Part shown: positions 26,501-40,260 of the stretch, in pieces
Layout of the letters: the number at the start of each line of letters is the position of its first letter
Position numbering within the stretch: position 1 is the stretch's first letter
From: Botryllus schlosseri
Taxonomy: Eukaryota
Reading direction: 5' to 3'
Assembly (NCBI GenBank): GCA_051294905.1
Contig: CM119378.1
Span: forward strand, 6,386,001-6,450,000
DNA length: 64,000 nt
Made by a program: the position numbers and the translations under genes
The notes under the pieces: model-generated
Database searches by the model: none
Told to the model about the DNA's origin: nothing
Seen by the model: the letters and a program-made list of their open reading frames with translations, nothing else

Positions 26501-27859
26501 AGGCAGTAAATTTATTTCTTTTTATGTAAAATCATAGTTTTCACAAATCGTTAACGTGATACTTTCCAATGTAAGAAATGTCTTCATGGAATGTATAGAT
26601 AAATACTTTATGCGTCATTCGATTCACTCGCACCCCACCTAGATCAGTTTGTGGAGAAGAAACAATTGCGACTATGGTTACATTCAAAACAAATGGTATT
26701 TTAAACATTTTTAAACATGTTTTAAATGGTGTTTTAAAAAATGTCATTTTAAAAGAAAAATAAAGTTTGTTTTTTCTACAAAAGTTGTATAATTATGCCA
26801 TAATTGTGTAAATACTTTCGAAAAAACATGCAGTATGGGCCTACGGACGATTTGCACCCGATATAGTCGACGTATACGATAAGGAATGGTTGGAACCCTC
26901 GAAATAGTCGTCGGTTCGACGGTTCATAGGACGTAAATACAGATCATTGCTATGGGATGGATGTTCTGATGATGATGGACCGCAGATCGCAAAAATGCTA
27001 CATAATGATGTGTAGTCCTGGTAAAGAATATTTTTGGTCCGTTTGTGACAGGGGTCGGAAGCCTTTTTCGTCAAAGGAGTCATATTTACTCGATAATTTC
27101 AGTTGCTAATGTCAATCCACAGTGATATCGCAATTAAAGATTAAAGAGATATATTGGTGTTAATATGGGTACCCGTCCCTCGCAAAAAACAATAAAAATA
27201 AATGAAAAGTTCCCATTATTTACTGAAAGAAGTCTATAATTTATTCACAATCATGAGACAACGGTACATTCCTAGTATCTCTTAAGGTCGTTTGGGAGGT
27301 TGCATTGACGACGTAGTCACCCCATGCCTGCCTACTAGATACAATATGCTCCTTGCTAAACTAGGGTTACCATATTTTTGAAATGTGAAAAGAGGACACT
27401 TTTTCAAAATTTTCCGACATACAATTCTGGAGTAAAATCCGGAGAGAATGGTAATATTTTTCTCCGACCTCGTGGATGGTTGACTAAAAAAAAGTCAACT
27501 TTCCGGCTTAGTTCTCGAAATAGCAGCCGGAACGTTACTTTGGTGCTGATTTACTGTATCTCACTCAAATGTTACCCTATAGATCAGGGGCGGGCAACAT
27601 ACGGCCCGCGGGCCGGATCCGGCCCGCGGACAGTTTCTCGTTTTATAGATAATGTGGCCATAGCGGCCCCAGTCTGCTGAGATCCCCCACTACTTGCTAA
27701 CTACGTCAGATTTTAGTGACTGTATGTTATTATATACGTGTGTGCGCAGCGTATCAGAGTGGAGATTATTCTTAAGTTCGTCGAAGCGAGAATATTTGCA
27801 TTATAAGCATTTACGATGTAGGATACTGAACCGTAATGTTGTTTATGGTAATCATAGTG

Positions 27860-28106
27860 TTTGATGACTACAATGGTCATTTACACCAGGCCGATATTTC
27901 TTATTTTTGATTCCGTAACCGCCGACTTGTACCACGGCACACTTCTAGGTTTTCGTAAGACACCGCTTATGCGAATAAGATGGCGAGGAGGAGCCTAGAT
28001 AGACCTCCAACGCTTAGTTAGGAATTCTGGAGTCGACCTCGGTCGGACTCGAACCCATAACTCATTGGTGTTGTAGCTGTGGAATATACCACTACGCTAT
28101 CTCGCC
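27860..28106 (-). mobile_element. tRNA-derived SINE, family 1 (second copy ~39690-39930)
   Basis: Minus-strand head GGCGAGATAGCGTAGTGGTA (A box) ... GGGTTCGAGTCC (B box), followed by a body shared with 39690-39930. Confidence 0.75.
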
Positions 28107-28247
28107 ACCTACTCAACCCTAATGAATTGATATCTTGGTAAATTTGGGGTATCGCGCTTATCGAACGCCTCGAAATTCTAATTAAGGATTGCATCATAGT
28201 GTCCCATTTGGTGTGGACACAAGCAAATCTCACGGCTTAGTGAAATT

Positions 28248-28802
28248 GGACTACGTCACGTTTTTCATTTGGTCAAAGGCAATTTGACGGTAATTTTTGA
28301 ACGGCTTGCCGAGCGTTAAATTTGATAAAATGAGTATCAATCGACAGCTACCATGGCACTGATTTCGAAGATATAAATTTTATTCTGCTCATGGTCCTGA
28401 ACCCCTTAAAATCAGGCTCGAATGTGGCATTGCAACAGAGTTTGGTATTGTGACGCAACCATATGCCGTCTGAGCAGCTCAGGAGCAAGTGCGCACGAGA
28501 GAGAGTGTGTGAATGCTCAATCGGTTGCGCAACAGTGGCCAATACGCTTGCGGTATGCGCTGCTTCTCAACTGCTCCCAGACGGCATGGTTGCGTCAAAA
28601 TACCAAACTCCGTTACAATGCAACATTCGAGGCTGGTTCTGAGAGTTCCAGGACCACGGGAAGAATAAAATTTATATTTTCGCAATCAGTACCAAGGTAT
28701 AGCTTTTGATTGGTACCAATTTTATCAAATTTAATGCTCGGCAAGCCGGTCAAAAATTACCATCAAATTGCCTTTGACCAAATTGGAAGTGTGTCGTAGA
28801 CC
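28248..28802. mobile_element. Fold-back MITE nested in 27585-29064
   Basis: 28250-28470 and 28570-28800 are reverse complements (e.g. tttggtcaaaggcaatttga / tcaaattgcctttgaccaaa). Confidence 0.75.
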
Positions 28803-29399
28803 GAATAGATAGGACACCATGATTGTACCATGTGTTGATTGATCAGAGAGAAGCAGACATGGCGGCGCCTGTACGAAAATGCTGTTCTCAAATCCACATT
28901 GGCGAGAAATGAATTGGTGTCGTTGAAATACATCTATTTAATACGCTCTATTCATTGTACATGTGGATAAATGGGCGAATAATGTATCGATTCAGCAATT
29001 CGGCCCGCCAAGTACTTAATTTTCCTATATCCGGCACGCCGACTGGAGAAGTTGCCCGCCCCTGCTATAGATAAACAAAATTCTAAAAAAAAAAGAAGAC
29101 AAATCCTCTTAAAAGAGGACGTATGTGGTAACCCCATGCTAAACTTATGCATGAGGCCGTGATCGGCGTGAATGCCCTCAAGTGTGGATCTGTACAGAGA
29201 GACATCGCCATTTTGGAAACATGACTATTGAGTTGCTTTTAGGTCCCTCGCAGGTATATTTTAGATAGATATTTGTTGGTAGTTCATTATACATGTAATG
29301 TTAACAACGGACTTCTCCAGTATGGTGCATCCCTAGAGCACGAAGTTTAAGCACGCCCTCAACAGTATAACTCCGAGACCAGCAGTCGCGAATATCAGC

Positions 29400-30061
29400 A
29401 TGGGGGTGCTGTATCTGCTTCTCCTGACGATCGCAGTTATTTGTCCGCTGGTGAAGAGCCAGGCTATGACCATGAAGGTGTTGACCGCTACTTGCTCGCG
29501 GGCTTTACCGATATTGAACGACCAAATACGGAAAACCTGCTGCTCTTACCAAGTCAGTTCCTTCCGGGGATATTGGGACACTGGCGGATATTATTTGACG
29601 CGGCATTTCGAAGCACTGAAAACATGGCAATGCGATGAACTGGCAGGAGAGTGTCGTGGGCGTCACTATGACTATTCCGAATTCACGAGCAACGTCTACG
29701 ACTTCTATTGCAACAAGTCATTGCTCGTAGACAGGTGCACTCCAGAGTTAAGAAAAATGTCCCCTGCATCAAGCCCGTCTACTCAATATGACTCAGATAG
29801 TAGCCCCACCCGCAACGTAAACAACACATTGCCTTCCGAATGGACCGAAATAGTACAAAGTATAGACTACGCGTCACTCAAGCCGTATGAAAGCTCGCGA
29901 CCTTGCGTTCAGATCGCTCAGTTGGACTCGTCGACCGGGGGCTATGGAGAGTTCCACGAAATTCTGACGCCTTCGATTCCGTTTTGTCGAATGACTTGGT
30001 GCGGATATTCGAGTCCTGTGGTACGCAACGGGATCAGCGCGTACAATTGCATCCCCAAGCT
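29400..30061 (+). CDS. GPCR copy B, exon 1: signal peptide plus cysteine-rich ectodomain
   Basis: MGVLYLLLLTIAVICPLVKS signal peptide. Cys spacing is identical to copy A apart from the linker (55 aa). Phase-2 donor CT|GTAAGT at 30062. Confidence 0.88.
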
Positions 30062-31060
30062 GTAAGTTTGTTGGCGTGATTCATTTGTTACGATTTCAAG
30101 ACTAATAGAGATCGTAGTTCAATGTGGGACGACTAATCTTGAGGTCCTCTCGCCTCCTCATATCCCGTGTCTGAGCGTTTCGTCTCGGAGCAGTATGCTT
30201 GCATATATACTGCGAATCGCGTCATCTCGATCGTAATATTAAAAAAATTGAGTGCTGCGATACCGGCAATCGTCTCCAACAGAAAAGGTCCTTTCCATTT
30301 GTCATTGCTAGACTAACTTTGTGACGATGAGAACGCCTACGCTTTTTAATTCGATTTGTATTGAATGCATAATATTCGTACACAAAGTCGAACTAGACTT
30401 TAAACAGAGACTTAAGATACGTTACCGTTAAAAGTTTCTAGAAAATTGTGAAGTCTGTGTGTAATGCGGCCACCGCTCCCGTCCTGCGTGCGTCACGCCA
30501 AATGGATCGAAAATCGGATGCTGGTGGGTCGTGAATAGAAAATCTAAATTGAGAGCAGAGAATCCTTATGTTCCGTTTCTGAATAGGGCACTGAATAGCA
30601 CTCCGATTGCATTTGTCCTTGGTAATCAGCCTCGGATCTAATTTATGACTTTTTAATTGTTAATATGAAAGTTCCCAATTAGGTTGACCTGCTCATATGT
30701 CTGCAACGTATCATACATTTATGGTTTCACAGCATCTGCCACCCGGTGGATACTATAATGTTTTCAGAAGGCACAATTAGCACATTTCATTTATTGGTGG
30801 CGCGGTGCATCACTGCCTAAACGTGAACATAATATTGAAGTAAAAACAGAAACTAAAAAAGGAAGCGAATTCCAATTTTATCGGTCGAAATTGTACCCAG
30901 CATCTGATAAACTTTGACCCGTATGCATATATATGAATCGATTGGTAGTTTTAGTGTCGTGTTCTCCGTGAATGATATGATATGATAGAATCCACGCGTT
31001 TTATAGCGACATTGTCGAAAACTTTCCGTTTTATATCAGACTTAATTTTCTCTTAAACAG

Positions 31061-32252
31061 GTGCCGCGCGAATGTGATTATTCTGATGATATTCGTGATC
31101 GCTATCTCTATCGCCATAGTCTGCCTAAACGGACTCGTAATCGCCGTTTTTGCCTCGACCGAATCGCTTCACAACGGCCAAGCGATATACAAATGCTCCT
31201 TAGCCATCGCGGACATGCTAGTGGGCATATTCGGACTGCCATCGTTCGCTTGGAACCTTCATCGCATGACTTGGGAGCCGATGAAAATCGGGAACACGGT
31301 AAGCTTGCCGGATTTCGAGCTGGCGCAGCCGTTTATCGATTGGAGTCGAGTACCGATGCCCGGGCGAGATGGATACACTATACGGCTGACAACGGGCGCC
31401 ATTGCATCACAATTCGAAAGCAACGTGGGGAACGCCTCTGGCTGTTTGACAGCGATCTCACTGATGGTATCGCTGTACAGTCTAACGATGGCCGGGTTCG
31501 ACAGGTGTCTCGCCGTGTGGAAGCCATTGAAATACAGAAGAGACATCGCGAGAAAGCTCGCGGTATACTCCACTGTCGTAATCTGGATTAGCGCGGTCAT
31601 ATTCGCGATACTGCCGATAGTCACGAGTAGCTTGGGCTACGCCATATCATCGGTGCTGTACGTGGTGATCGGAAAATACGCAGAGATATTTTACATCGTG
31701 CTGTTCGGCGTGCCGTTGTGCGTAGTGTGGGTGACTAACATCGTTGTATTCATAATATTACGTCGCAAACGCCGACAGCGTAGAGAGCTCACAAATCAGA
31801 GAGCTCGGAGCGCACACGAAAAAACAAACGACAACCGATTGGCAGTGACTTTGATGATTATAGTTGGGGTGTTCACCGTATGCTGCCTGCCGGCAGTCAT
31901 CTTGTCGTTGGTGTTCGTCAGATACCGTGAAAAATCCGGAGCATTCTCACCGCACATGAACCAGGTATTCAACGCGGTCGACACCGTGACCGGCATAATT
32001 CTCATGAGCAACAGCCTGTGGAATTACTTCATATACAGCGGACGCAACAAGGATTTTCGTAAAGCGTCGATCACTCTCAGAGGCAGAATCCGAAATATGA
32101 CGTTCTCGCGAGATAGTTCCGCGAAAATTCAGAGGGCCCAAAAAGTAGAATGTGCCACGAACGCGACATTTTCTCCATGCGACGCCGCCAGTCCTGCAGC
32201 TGCACCACAGACACACAAAGATAAAAAATCATCCGTACAGACAGACGGCTGA
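31061..32252 (+). CDS. GPCR copy B, exon 2: class A 7TM orphan receptor
   Basis: Acceptor ttttctcttaaacAG|G at 31059-31061; the junction CT+G gives L, then CRANVII. Motifs CLN, SLAIADML, GFDRC, IW, FTVCCLP, NSLWNYFIY, NKDFRK. Spliced CDS is 1854 nt (617 aa). Confidence 0.93.
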
Positions 32253-32543
32253 TATACTGGCTCTTGAATATAGCTTTCCACTCGAATCCTGATATTTCCA
32301 TTCGGATTTGACAGCAAATTGATCAATTACTATCTATCGACTTCACTAGTTCCATCTCATCACCACATTCAAATCGAAATGCAAGCGATTTCTACTGAAT
32401 AAGTCATCCCGCAAGATTACCGGATTACCTGTCCTATTGACACCTGTGTCATTCATTTTCATCACTGGTCGTTTTATGTTATCCCTAATTCTTTACATTC
32501 AGTGTTCATACTGTTCATGCCTCTTATTTACATGGCCTATAGG

Positions 32544-33389
32544 CAGGGTTGCCGTACCGTCCTTATTTCTAAGATTTGTCCTTATTTTGAAGGGCCACGT
32601 CTTAGAAAACTCAATTGTCCTTATTTCTAAGAAATGTCCTTATTTTCGACTTACGTCCTTATTTTGTCTTATTTTCAACCACTTCTGAACTTCGATCGTT
32701 TTCTTCTGGTATATCTGTGTTGCATATTACTCTAAAATTATGCTTTTGCGTAGATATTTTATGACATCATGAATGACATGAACTCTCGTGACGTACACAC
32801 CACAAGATTTGACTTCTAAGTGGTGAGATAGCTATAGGGCAGTGGGTGGTGGTATAGCAGTTTCGTTTGTACCAAGCTATCGCAGCGGACGTTATTTTAG
32901 CAGTAACCAGCAATACCAGGTTCCTACTGTTTGGTCTACAGCAGAATAAGCTCAAGCTGTGGGGAAGACAGCATTTATTGCGTAGTGAAAGAAGGCGCAG
33001 TGCAGTCGACATTGGTTAAAAAGTAGTAAAGCTATAAATAATTGATATATTTATCTAACTTATATTGCACTTGTGCATATAGTTTTAGCTACCAGTAAGT
33101 CTCAATCTGATTAGTTAAGACCAACGTTTTTTTTGCGGGGGGAGGGGGGGGGGTGACGAAGTGCTGTTTCGGCCCTGAGTAAAGGTAAACCTAGACCTGA
33201 GCGGTCGTGAGTTCCATGAAGCACTTTCTAATAACAAGGCGTTGCTGGAGCAGTTTGTTTCTGGCGAAAAGTATGGGATGTAATAGGCCATGGCTCGTAT
33301 AAATACAAAGTATGTACAAAAACGCTTTTTCATGCTAATCTAATTTTTCAACTGTCCTTATTTTTGGGTCCATGTTGATGGCAACCCTG
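32544..33389. mobile_element. hAT MITE (CAGGGTTGCC TIR) downstream of GPCR B
   Basis: TIRs CAGGGTTGCC / GGCAACCCTG; perfect TSD CCTATAGG; absent from the duplicate (~48380). Confidence 0.9.
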
Positions 33390-33987
33390 CCTATAGGCCA
33401 AAGTGCATCTGTAGGGCTATCTGTCTTCCAAGAATACCCCATGTCGTTTCGACAACTTCCTATCTTTTCATTGTAATGCAGTCTTGTGGTGTTTTGGAAT
33501 GATGAAATTATTAATAAACTGAACTGAAGTGAACTAAATTGAACAAAACCTTCGATCAATTTCACTTAAAATATGTCTATCGAATAACGCATATGGTCGA
33601 ATTTCGTCAATTTGGATAGGTCGATTTGTGTTGCTCTACTGCAGCAAGCATGTTATTGTCTTGGCGATTGTTGTGTTTTATGAATCGTAGAACCCTTCAT
33701 TTTCAAATTCATGAATAGATTGAGTGCCTGTGGCAGTTAGGCTTAGGGTTGCATGCATACAGTCGGTACAACGGCTATAGTACGTAGATATTTCGTAAAA
33801 GGAGCTATATTTACCCTATATATTTTCAATTGTCAATGTCAATCCACTATGACGTCACAATTGAATATTCGTGACGTCATGGCTTTAAAGAAAGCAAAAA
33901 CAACAACAATTAAAAATATGTTGTAAACAAGGGCTTGTTTTAAACATGTTTGTTTAAAATGCAACCCTAGTGGCAGTATTGTATCTA

Positions 33988-34465
33988 TAGGGTTGCATTT
34001 TAAACAAATAGTGTTTTAAAATTGTGTTTTTTCAAACGTCGTCTATAATTATGCCATTATAGTTCAATACTTTCGATAAAACATATATTATGAGCGTACG
34101 GACGATTTGCACCCTAGTCGACCTATATTCTATATGGAATGGTTGGAACCCTCGAAATCTTCGACGGTTAAACATAGCATGTCGATATATATCACTGGTA
34201 CGGAAATGAGTGTTCCGATGATGATGACGCCGACGGTTAAAATGCTGCATTACGATGTAGTCCTGGCCCGTTTAATACTGAGGTTGGAAGCCGTCTTCGG
34301 CAAAGGAGCCATTGTTATCCTATATTTTCAGATCGCAATGTCAATCCCTGTGACGTCACAATCAGAGATTCGTGACGTCTGGCTAGAAAAAAAACAATAA
34401 AAACATGTTTTAAACAAGGGACATGTTTCTTTTAAATTGTGTTTTTAGTTTTAAATGCAACCCTA
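33988..34465. mobile_element. TAGGGTTGCAT-family MITE shared by both duplicate units
   Basis: TIRs TAGGGTTGCAT / ATGCAACCCTA. The orthologous copy at 48721-50432 has a perfect TSD ATTGTATC. Further copies at ~550-812, ~21560-21900, ~26680-27130 and 33738-33969. Confidence 0.8.
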
Positions 34466-35081
34466 TTCGTATCGTTCCATAGAATCATTGCAATTTCAAA
34501 ACTCGGGTTTCTTTTTGTAATCTGTAATTGTGATTCAATGTAATAAAAGATAAATTTGACACCGCGATGGTCCACATTGATTGTCTGTTTATCAATCTCT
34601 CGTTTTGCGTGCGCCCGCAATTTGATCTTTTCTTGTGACTTTCTTGGCTTGGCTCGCCATCAATCTGAGCTTTTTGGAACACTGCTATGGCAGTGAGGTT
34701 AGCGATGAGGAGCCCAGATAAACCTCCGACACACTGAAACGTGACAGAGTTGACACTCGAACCAACAACCATTGGTGTCGTGACGGTGTCGTTGAGCAGA
34801 CTGCGCCACTCGCTTCCTGTATTCTACATGATTTGGTATTTCTTGTAGATTGTAACTTCCGGAAGCTGTTAGAGCAGCGGCTCTTAACCCTGTCGCCAGA
34901 ACTGGGTGGGGTATTCCAGCTGTAATACCAAACTATATTCAATGTGGGCGTACAGCGTAGGTCAATACCACATTTTCAATTGATTTACTTTTTGCAAAAA
35001 GCAAAAAAATACAACTTTACCGTATCGCCTATAGCAGAGGTGCAATCGGGATGTGTACATTGGGCTCGAACTCAAGGTATG

Positions 35082-35596
35082 TAGGGCTGGGCAAAATCGA
35101 GTAACTGGGTGATTCGATTCTGAATCACGTCATATGCTTCGAGTCGAGTCGAGTAATCGAGTATCAACCATTATGACGTCATAACATAATGTAGTACGTC
35201 AAAGTTCAAATATGTACCGTTTCTGCCGCTGCAAAGAATATCATGCCTGTTATTCATCTCATAAATGATACTTTGGTATTTTTGGACCATACCGATTTCA
35301 TTCCACTTGGTGACAATGTTGTGGGATAATCATGACTTCGAAAATGTCCTAGGTCCAGTAACCTTCGTAGCTTTGTACAATATGTTTCGTAAGCTACGAT
35401 ACCGTCAACCAAGGTTTCAAGGCTTCAACAGTGAAAATTAGTATCGAAACTATAATTCTCGTTGATAAATTAACTTTCAGTGGCGAGAAGCGTATAATTT
35501 CAGTACTCAAAAAATCGTATTTTACTACTCGACTCGAATCATTAAAATTAATACTCGATTCAGATTCGAGTACTCAACTCATTGTGCCCAGCCCTA
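35082..35596. mobile_element. hAT MITE with TAGGGCTGGGCA TIRs
   Basis: TIRs TAGGGCTGGGCA / TGCCCAGCCCTA with GATTC/GAGTC subterminal repeats; TSD unclear. Confidence 0.7.
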
Positions 35597-36707
35597 TGTA
35601 TGAGCCAATAAGCCTGTGTCCAACAGTTGTTGTAACATCTTGATTTGAGCGCGAAAATAATATTTAATTAGTTGAGTTGTTATCGGGCGGGATTTAAGCG
35701 CGAGATATTCCCAATAGTCAAGTCCAGGCTCGAGACCGACCAGACTGCGACCTGCACCGCTTCATCTTCAGTACAACTCTTAACACATGAGGAGGGGGCG
35801 CCAGAACAAGAATATACCTGAAAGGGGCGCTGGAAGAAAAGGGTTACGAACCACTGCGTTAAGCGCAGGTCACCCGTATAATATTCAGACGCGGCACCAC
35901 TCTCGCATACGTTTCATTCTTCGCTCCGCTCTTGCGCTAGCGGTGCGCGCGAGGAACGCTCCAGCCGCGTTTCATTCGAGAGTCGCGAGTGTACGTCACA
36001 GCCGAGAAAAATTGAATTGTGAAATATGGATCAGTTGTGCGGAGACCTTCGCCGTGTACGGAACAAGTAGGTAATACATATCGGCATCTAGCACTGTCAA
36101 CTGTGTGGCATTTGTAATGACAAGAACAAGCCATATGGGTAAAGAACTTCCAAATTATATGATAAAATGACTTCATATTTTAAATTTGATAAGAACAAAT
36201 CTTATGATATTCAAAGATGTGAAAATATAGGCTCAAGCAACCACAAGAATTCAAATATTTAGATCAGAACACTAGCTACGTAGAGTGATAACGACACGGG
36301 CCGTGCAATGATGGACGAGGGGATTACGAATATGACGTTCTCTGACACCCAAACCACGCTTGATATGATGAAGTCATGGCAATTCATTGATAATTTATCA
36401 CGCCGTTTTTCTGTTGTATCGTGGTGACTTCATCGATCAAGCAGCGGTTTTACCCGCAACGCTAACTACAACTGACCAACACCTGGTTAATCGCAGCGGG
36501 GCCACGATCGCAGATAAATTAATAAATGCGATACTGCATTTGCCTTCTGAAATACAAGGCAAATGCGGTCTTTTATTGAATGACTCTGTCAATGAAAGCA
36601 TTGCTTCTACAAATAGCTGTCAGCAATGCCGTGGGCTGTCTGTGCAATGTGCACGCAGCATTTTCTTTCTATTTTCAACTTGTACCGTATCATCCGGTCG
36701 GCTAGCA

Positions 36708-39319
36708 CAGTGCTCTTCAACCTTTTTCGACGTGGTACACCCTTTTAACGTTTGCTCAAAACTCGTACACCCCTGTTCATTAGGGGTCTTCAAAAATGAC
36801 TTTTTTCCTCAAATCGTACTGGCTACTTGATAAAATTGTTAGGTTACCTAACTTAAGCCTACACACCAAATTTGGTTCAATTCCTACCAGTAGCCGCATG
36901 GCTACGGGAGAAGAAAGTTTCTATTTATTATATAAAAATAAATAACGAAAAATGTGAAATTTTTCTGTTGTCTATAAAAATGATGTTCTTCAAATTTGAT
37001 TCAATTCCAACCAGTAGAAGCGGAGTTATTGCCGTCAAAAAAAATTGGATTTGAAAAAAATAGTATTTGGTCACAGAGTTTATTCGCAGCCAATTAGGCC
37101 GCCCGCCACGCAAATTGGAATTTATTTCGTGTCAGCCCCAAAACAGCATGACATTACGAACGATAATCAACCTAAATTTAACAGTATTGGGGAGAAAGTA
37201 AGTAAAGCTACTGCTGCAGAAGCGGTAATTCAGATCAGCGATGATAGCAGGCGCACCAGCCTACTGCGTATCAGGCCTGCCTCACACCACACACAGTCGA
37301 TAGTAGCACATGGGCTGGAAGAGATGTCAGTAACCTCTGATCGTATGCCGCTACACACAGTCTATTGTCGCTAATTGGCATCACTAATAACAAAATACTA
37401 AATAGCAAATGTATGGCGAAATATTGGATATAAAATCGGCATTTTAAAACAAAAGGGTTTCGATTTCAACATGGAAGCTGTTTCGACCCTGGCTGGCTAC
37501 GTCACTTCATTCATGTGCATTGCGGTATTTATTAACGTCGGGTAGGAAGTACCGATTCAAGAAGTCTGAGCTATCGCGGCGGTTTCCTCAAAAATCACTC
37601 AAAGACAAATGACTATAGCTCAGACCTGGGCAAAGTGCGGCCCGCGGGCAAAATGCGGCCCGCGAAGCCATCCTGTGCGGCCCGCGAAAGGTTACTTGGA
37701 ATTCTTAACATACAACCTGCTTTTTTAATTATGATGCGTGGACTAAAATTTAGGCTGTATCAACTAAACAGACAATTCGTTTACTTTGAAGCCTGTTCAT
37801 CAATATGTCACGACTACGCTTCCTACAATACCTTTCATGCGTACTCCAGATTCAAAATAAAGGCATTGTGGCAGAGTATGAGCAACAATTAAATCCATAA
37901 GAAATCACTCTTTCCATAGTTTAGGTCAAACCTTCTTAGTTGCGATTGTCACATTACGCATTATACGGTACGAGTTTCAAATCGTAACGTGAGGCGTTTC
38001 CAAATCTGTAGTTGATAAAACTAGTCAATCAGTGCTCGCGACTGCTATATGACTCATCATCATCATCATACCTAATATCTATCACCCATAAAGGATGAAA
38101 GTTCATGTCAAAAAGAGGAAATCGAAAGCTGAAATTCATAGAGGGTTTAGCGCACTAATATTTGTATACTGGAGTTAGGGGTAGACCCGTCATTTTAGTT
38201 TTTGCCAATCATGTCAGCGGAAGTAAGGGTTTGAATTATGACAAAAACACAAATCTCTCGGTCAAGAGAGGGCGAACTCCAGGAAAACTGCAAACTTCAC
38301 TCAACATCAAGGCTATTCGAGCTGCACACTACTCGGAATACAGCGACCAAAGCGACCAAGCTTTGTACTATCCCATATACATTTCCGTGCAGTGGCTCTC
38401 GAACTGGGGGCCGTGAAAGCATCTGAAGGGAGGCGCGAAGCCGAAGTTAAATGTATTTTTTTTCGCGCCCTGCGCGATTTACTCCAAGCTCATAGTATAG
38501 TTATTGCTCTGTGTATTGTCCAAATTTGATATTATAGAATTCCCTCATCAACAACTATAACCTTCCCTGGCATTAAACCATCCGTTGGATTGGGCGTGAA
38601 CATTTTCACTATCATGAAGCGGGGCGTTCCTAAAATAAGTCCGAGAACAACTGTTTTAGTGTCTTAATAGAAGAACGTCGATAGGGGTTTAAAAAGAGTT
38701 AAAAACGTATCATATTTAACATTGTTTCGAATCATGACGGCAAATAGCTATTTCATTAATTAACGGCCACTTTCTCATTAGCTAACATCAACACTGAGCA
38801 GCATATATTAACAATATAACTTAGAAATTGAATTATTGAAACACACTGGATAATATAGCTAAAATTTCCACTCGGCCCGCCAACGTATTTTCTACTTCTC
38901 ATTTGGCCCGCGGAGTAAAGTAATTGCCCACCCCTGCTATAGCTGAACACATGATTGTTAACTGCATACTTTCCAACACCAAACGGAACCATTGGTCTAT
39001 TGCCGACGGCTAAATGAATAGGAGAAATATTTGCTTATGACATCACAATCAAGCGGTGTACAGTATTACCCAGGGATATCTAGAACTCTAGGAGTTCTAG
39101 ATATCCCCGAGTATAACCTTTGAGATAACATCGTACCATATTGCTCATTAACCTGCGCGTCAACCTGTACTGACCCATAAACCTGCCTTTGTGATAGCTA
39201 GCCATCGGCTCATTGTAATTCGGATCTGGTACACCCCTGTACACCCCATCCGAGTGGTACACCCTTTGCAAATTCTAGTACACCCTAGGGTGTACGACCA
39301 CCCCGGTTGAAGAGCACTG
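36708..39319. mobile_element. Charlie-type hAT with nested element 37621-38936
   Basis: Outer TIRs CAGTGCTCTTCAACC / GGTTGAAGAGCACTG with perfect TSD GGCTAGCA. Inner TIRs CAGACCTGGGCAA / TTGCCCACCCCTG with perfect TSD CTATAGCT. Confidence 0.9.
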
Positions 39320-40107
39320 GGCTAGCATATGTCTTATACGGCAAAATATATTTTCGATGTGAAAAATATATCAAATGTGCCAGCCCAACGTCAAAGCTTT
39401 GGAAGTACCGTACCGGTGTAGTTTTTCTTTCTCGAGAAATACGCATTCAGTTAATAGGAATGGTGTGAACCTCTGAAAGGTTCAGGATCGTGTGAACGCG
39501 AATCTTTTTGTAAGGTTCTGTGCGAACGCGAACGTGAACCTCATGACGTCACGTGACGTCATATTGCTAATTCAAACCCTACATTGCAGTGAAGTGATAG
39601 CATATACAAATGTACACCAGAGCTGTTCCAAGATAACTTTTTTTTCCATGCAACAAGGCTTGCAAGTTCGTTTGTGGTTTTCATGGTGTTTGTCGACTAC
39701 AATGGTTAATAGTCATTGGTAAATGGTCATTTACACCAGCACAAGGCTGATATTTCTTATTTTTGATTCCGTATGGCTGCTGACTTCCGGGCTTTTTTAA
39801 GACGCCGCTTACGCGAATGCGATGGCGAGGAGGAGCCTGGATAACCCCCCTGCACTTAGGTAGGAATTCTGGAGTCGACCTCGGTCGGACTAGATCCCAC
39901 AACCCATTGGTGTTGTAGCTGTGGATTATACCCAGGAAAGGAAGGAAAGGACGTAGTTTATTTTTGTCCTTGATGTTTTTGCGGCATATACACCGACTCA
40001 TGATATACACACGCACGATCTGCGCATATGCATATCATGAGTGCATGATGTGCATATGCCACAGGACAAGCAAGGTACAGATATAGCCTTTTACGGTACA
40101 GATATAG

Positions 40108-40260
40108 CCTCCATGCTAACCCAGTAATGCATGAGCGCCAAGCAGGGAAGTCATGGATAGGGATACCAGTGTTACCAATCAGGTCTTTGTTCTAACCCGG
40201 CCGGGGATCGAACCCACGACCTACCGATCGAGATGCCGGACGCTTTACCATTACGCCGGA
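40108..40260 (-). mobile_element. tRNA-derived SINE, family 2 (MetaSINE-like central domain)
   Basis: A box GGCGTAATGGT and B box GGGTTCGATCCC, then AAAGAC...ACTGGTATC...CCCTGCTTGGCGCTC. The MetaSINE resemblance is from recall, not a search. Confidence 0.65.

Larger units (their letters stand above)
27585..29064. mobile_element. Charlie-type hAT nested in 27362-29136
   Basis: TIRs CAGGGGCGGGCAAC / GTTGCCCGCCCCTG; perfect TSD CTATAGAT. Confidence 0.92.
27362..29136. mobile_element. hAT MITE (TAGGGTTACCAT family) with nested insertions, just upstream of GPCR B
   Basis: TIRs TAGGGTTACCA / TGGTAACCCCA; perfect TSD TGCTAAAC; empty site in the duplicate at ~46173. Other family members lie at ~9030-9374 and 54746-55194 (TSD CATCAAAG/CATCAATG). 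Confidence 0.9.
27140..34875 (+). repeat. Segmental duplication, unit 1 (contains GPCR B)
   Basis: Upstream, exon-1, intron and 3' flank sequences align by eye with 45965-50632 (e.g. 29171 vs 46214 aagtgtggatctgtacagagagacatcgccattttggaaacatgactattgagttg; 32310 vs 48140; 34500-34870 vs 50455-50630). Confidence 0.85.

Noticed and set aside
36387-36830. 147-aa plus-strand ORF
   Set aside because: It starts at TTG, has no recognisable motif and runs into the hAT element at 36708.
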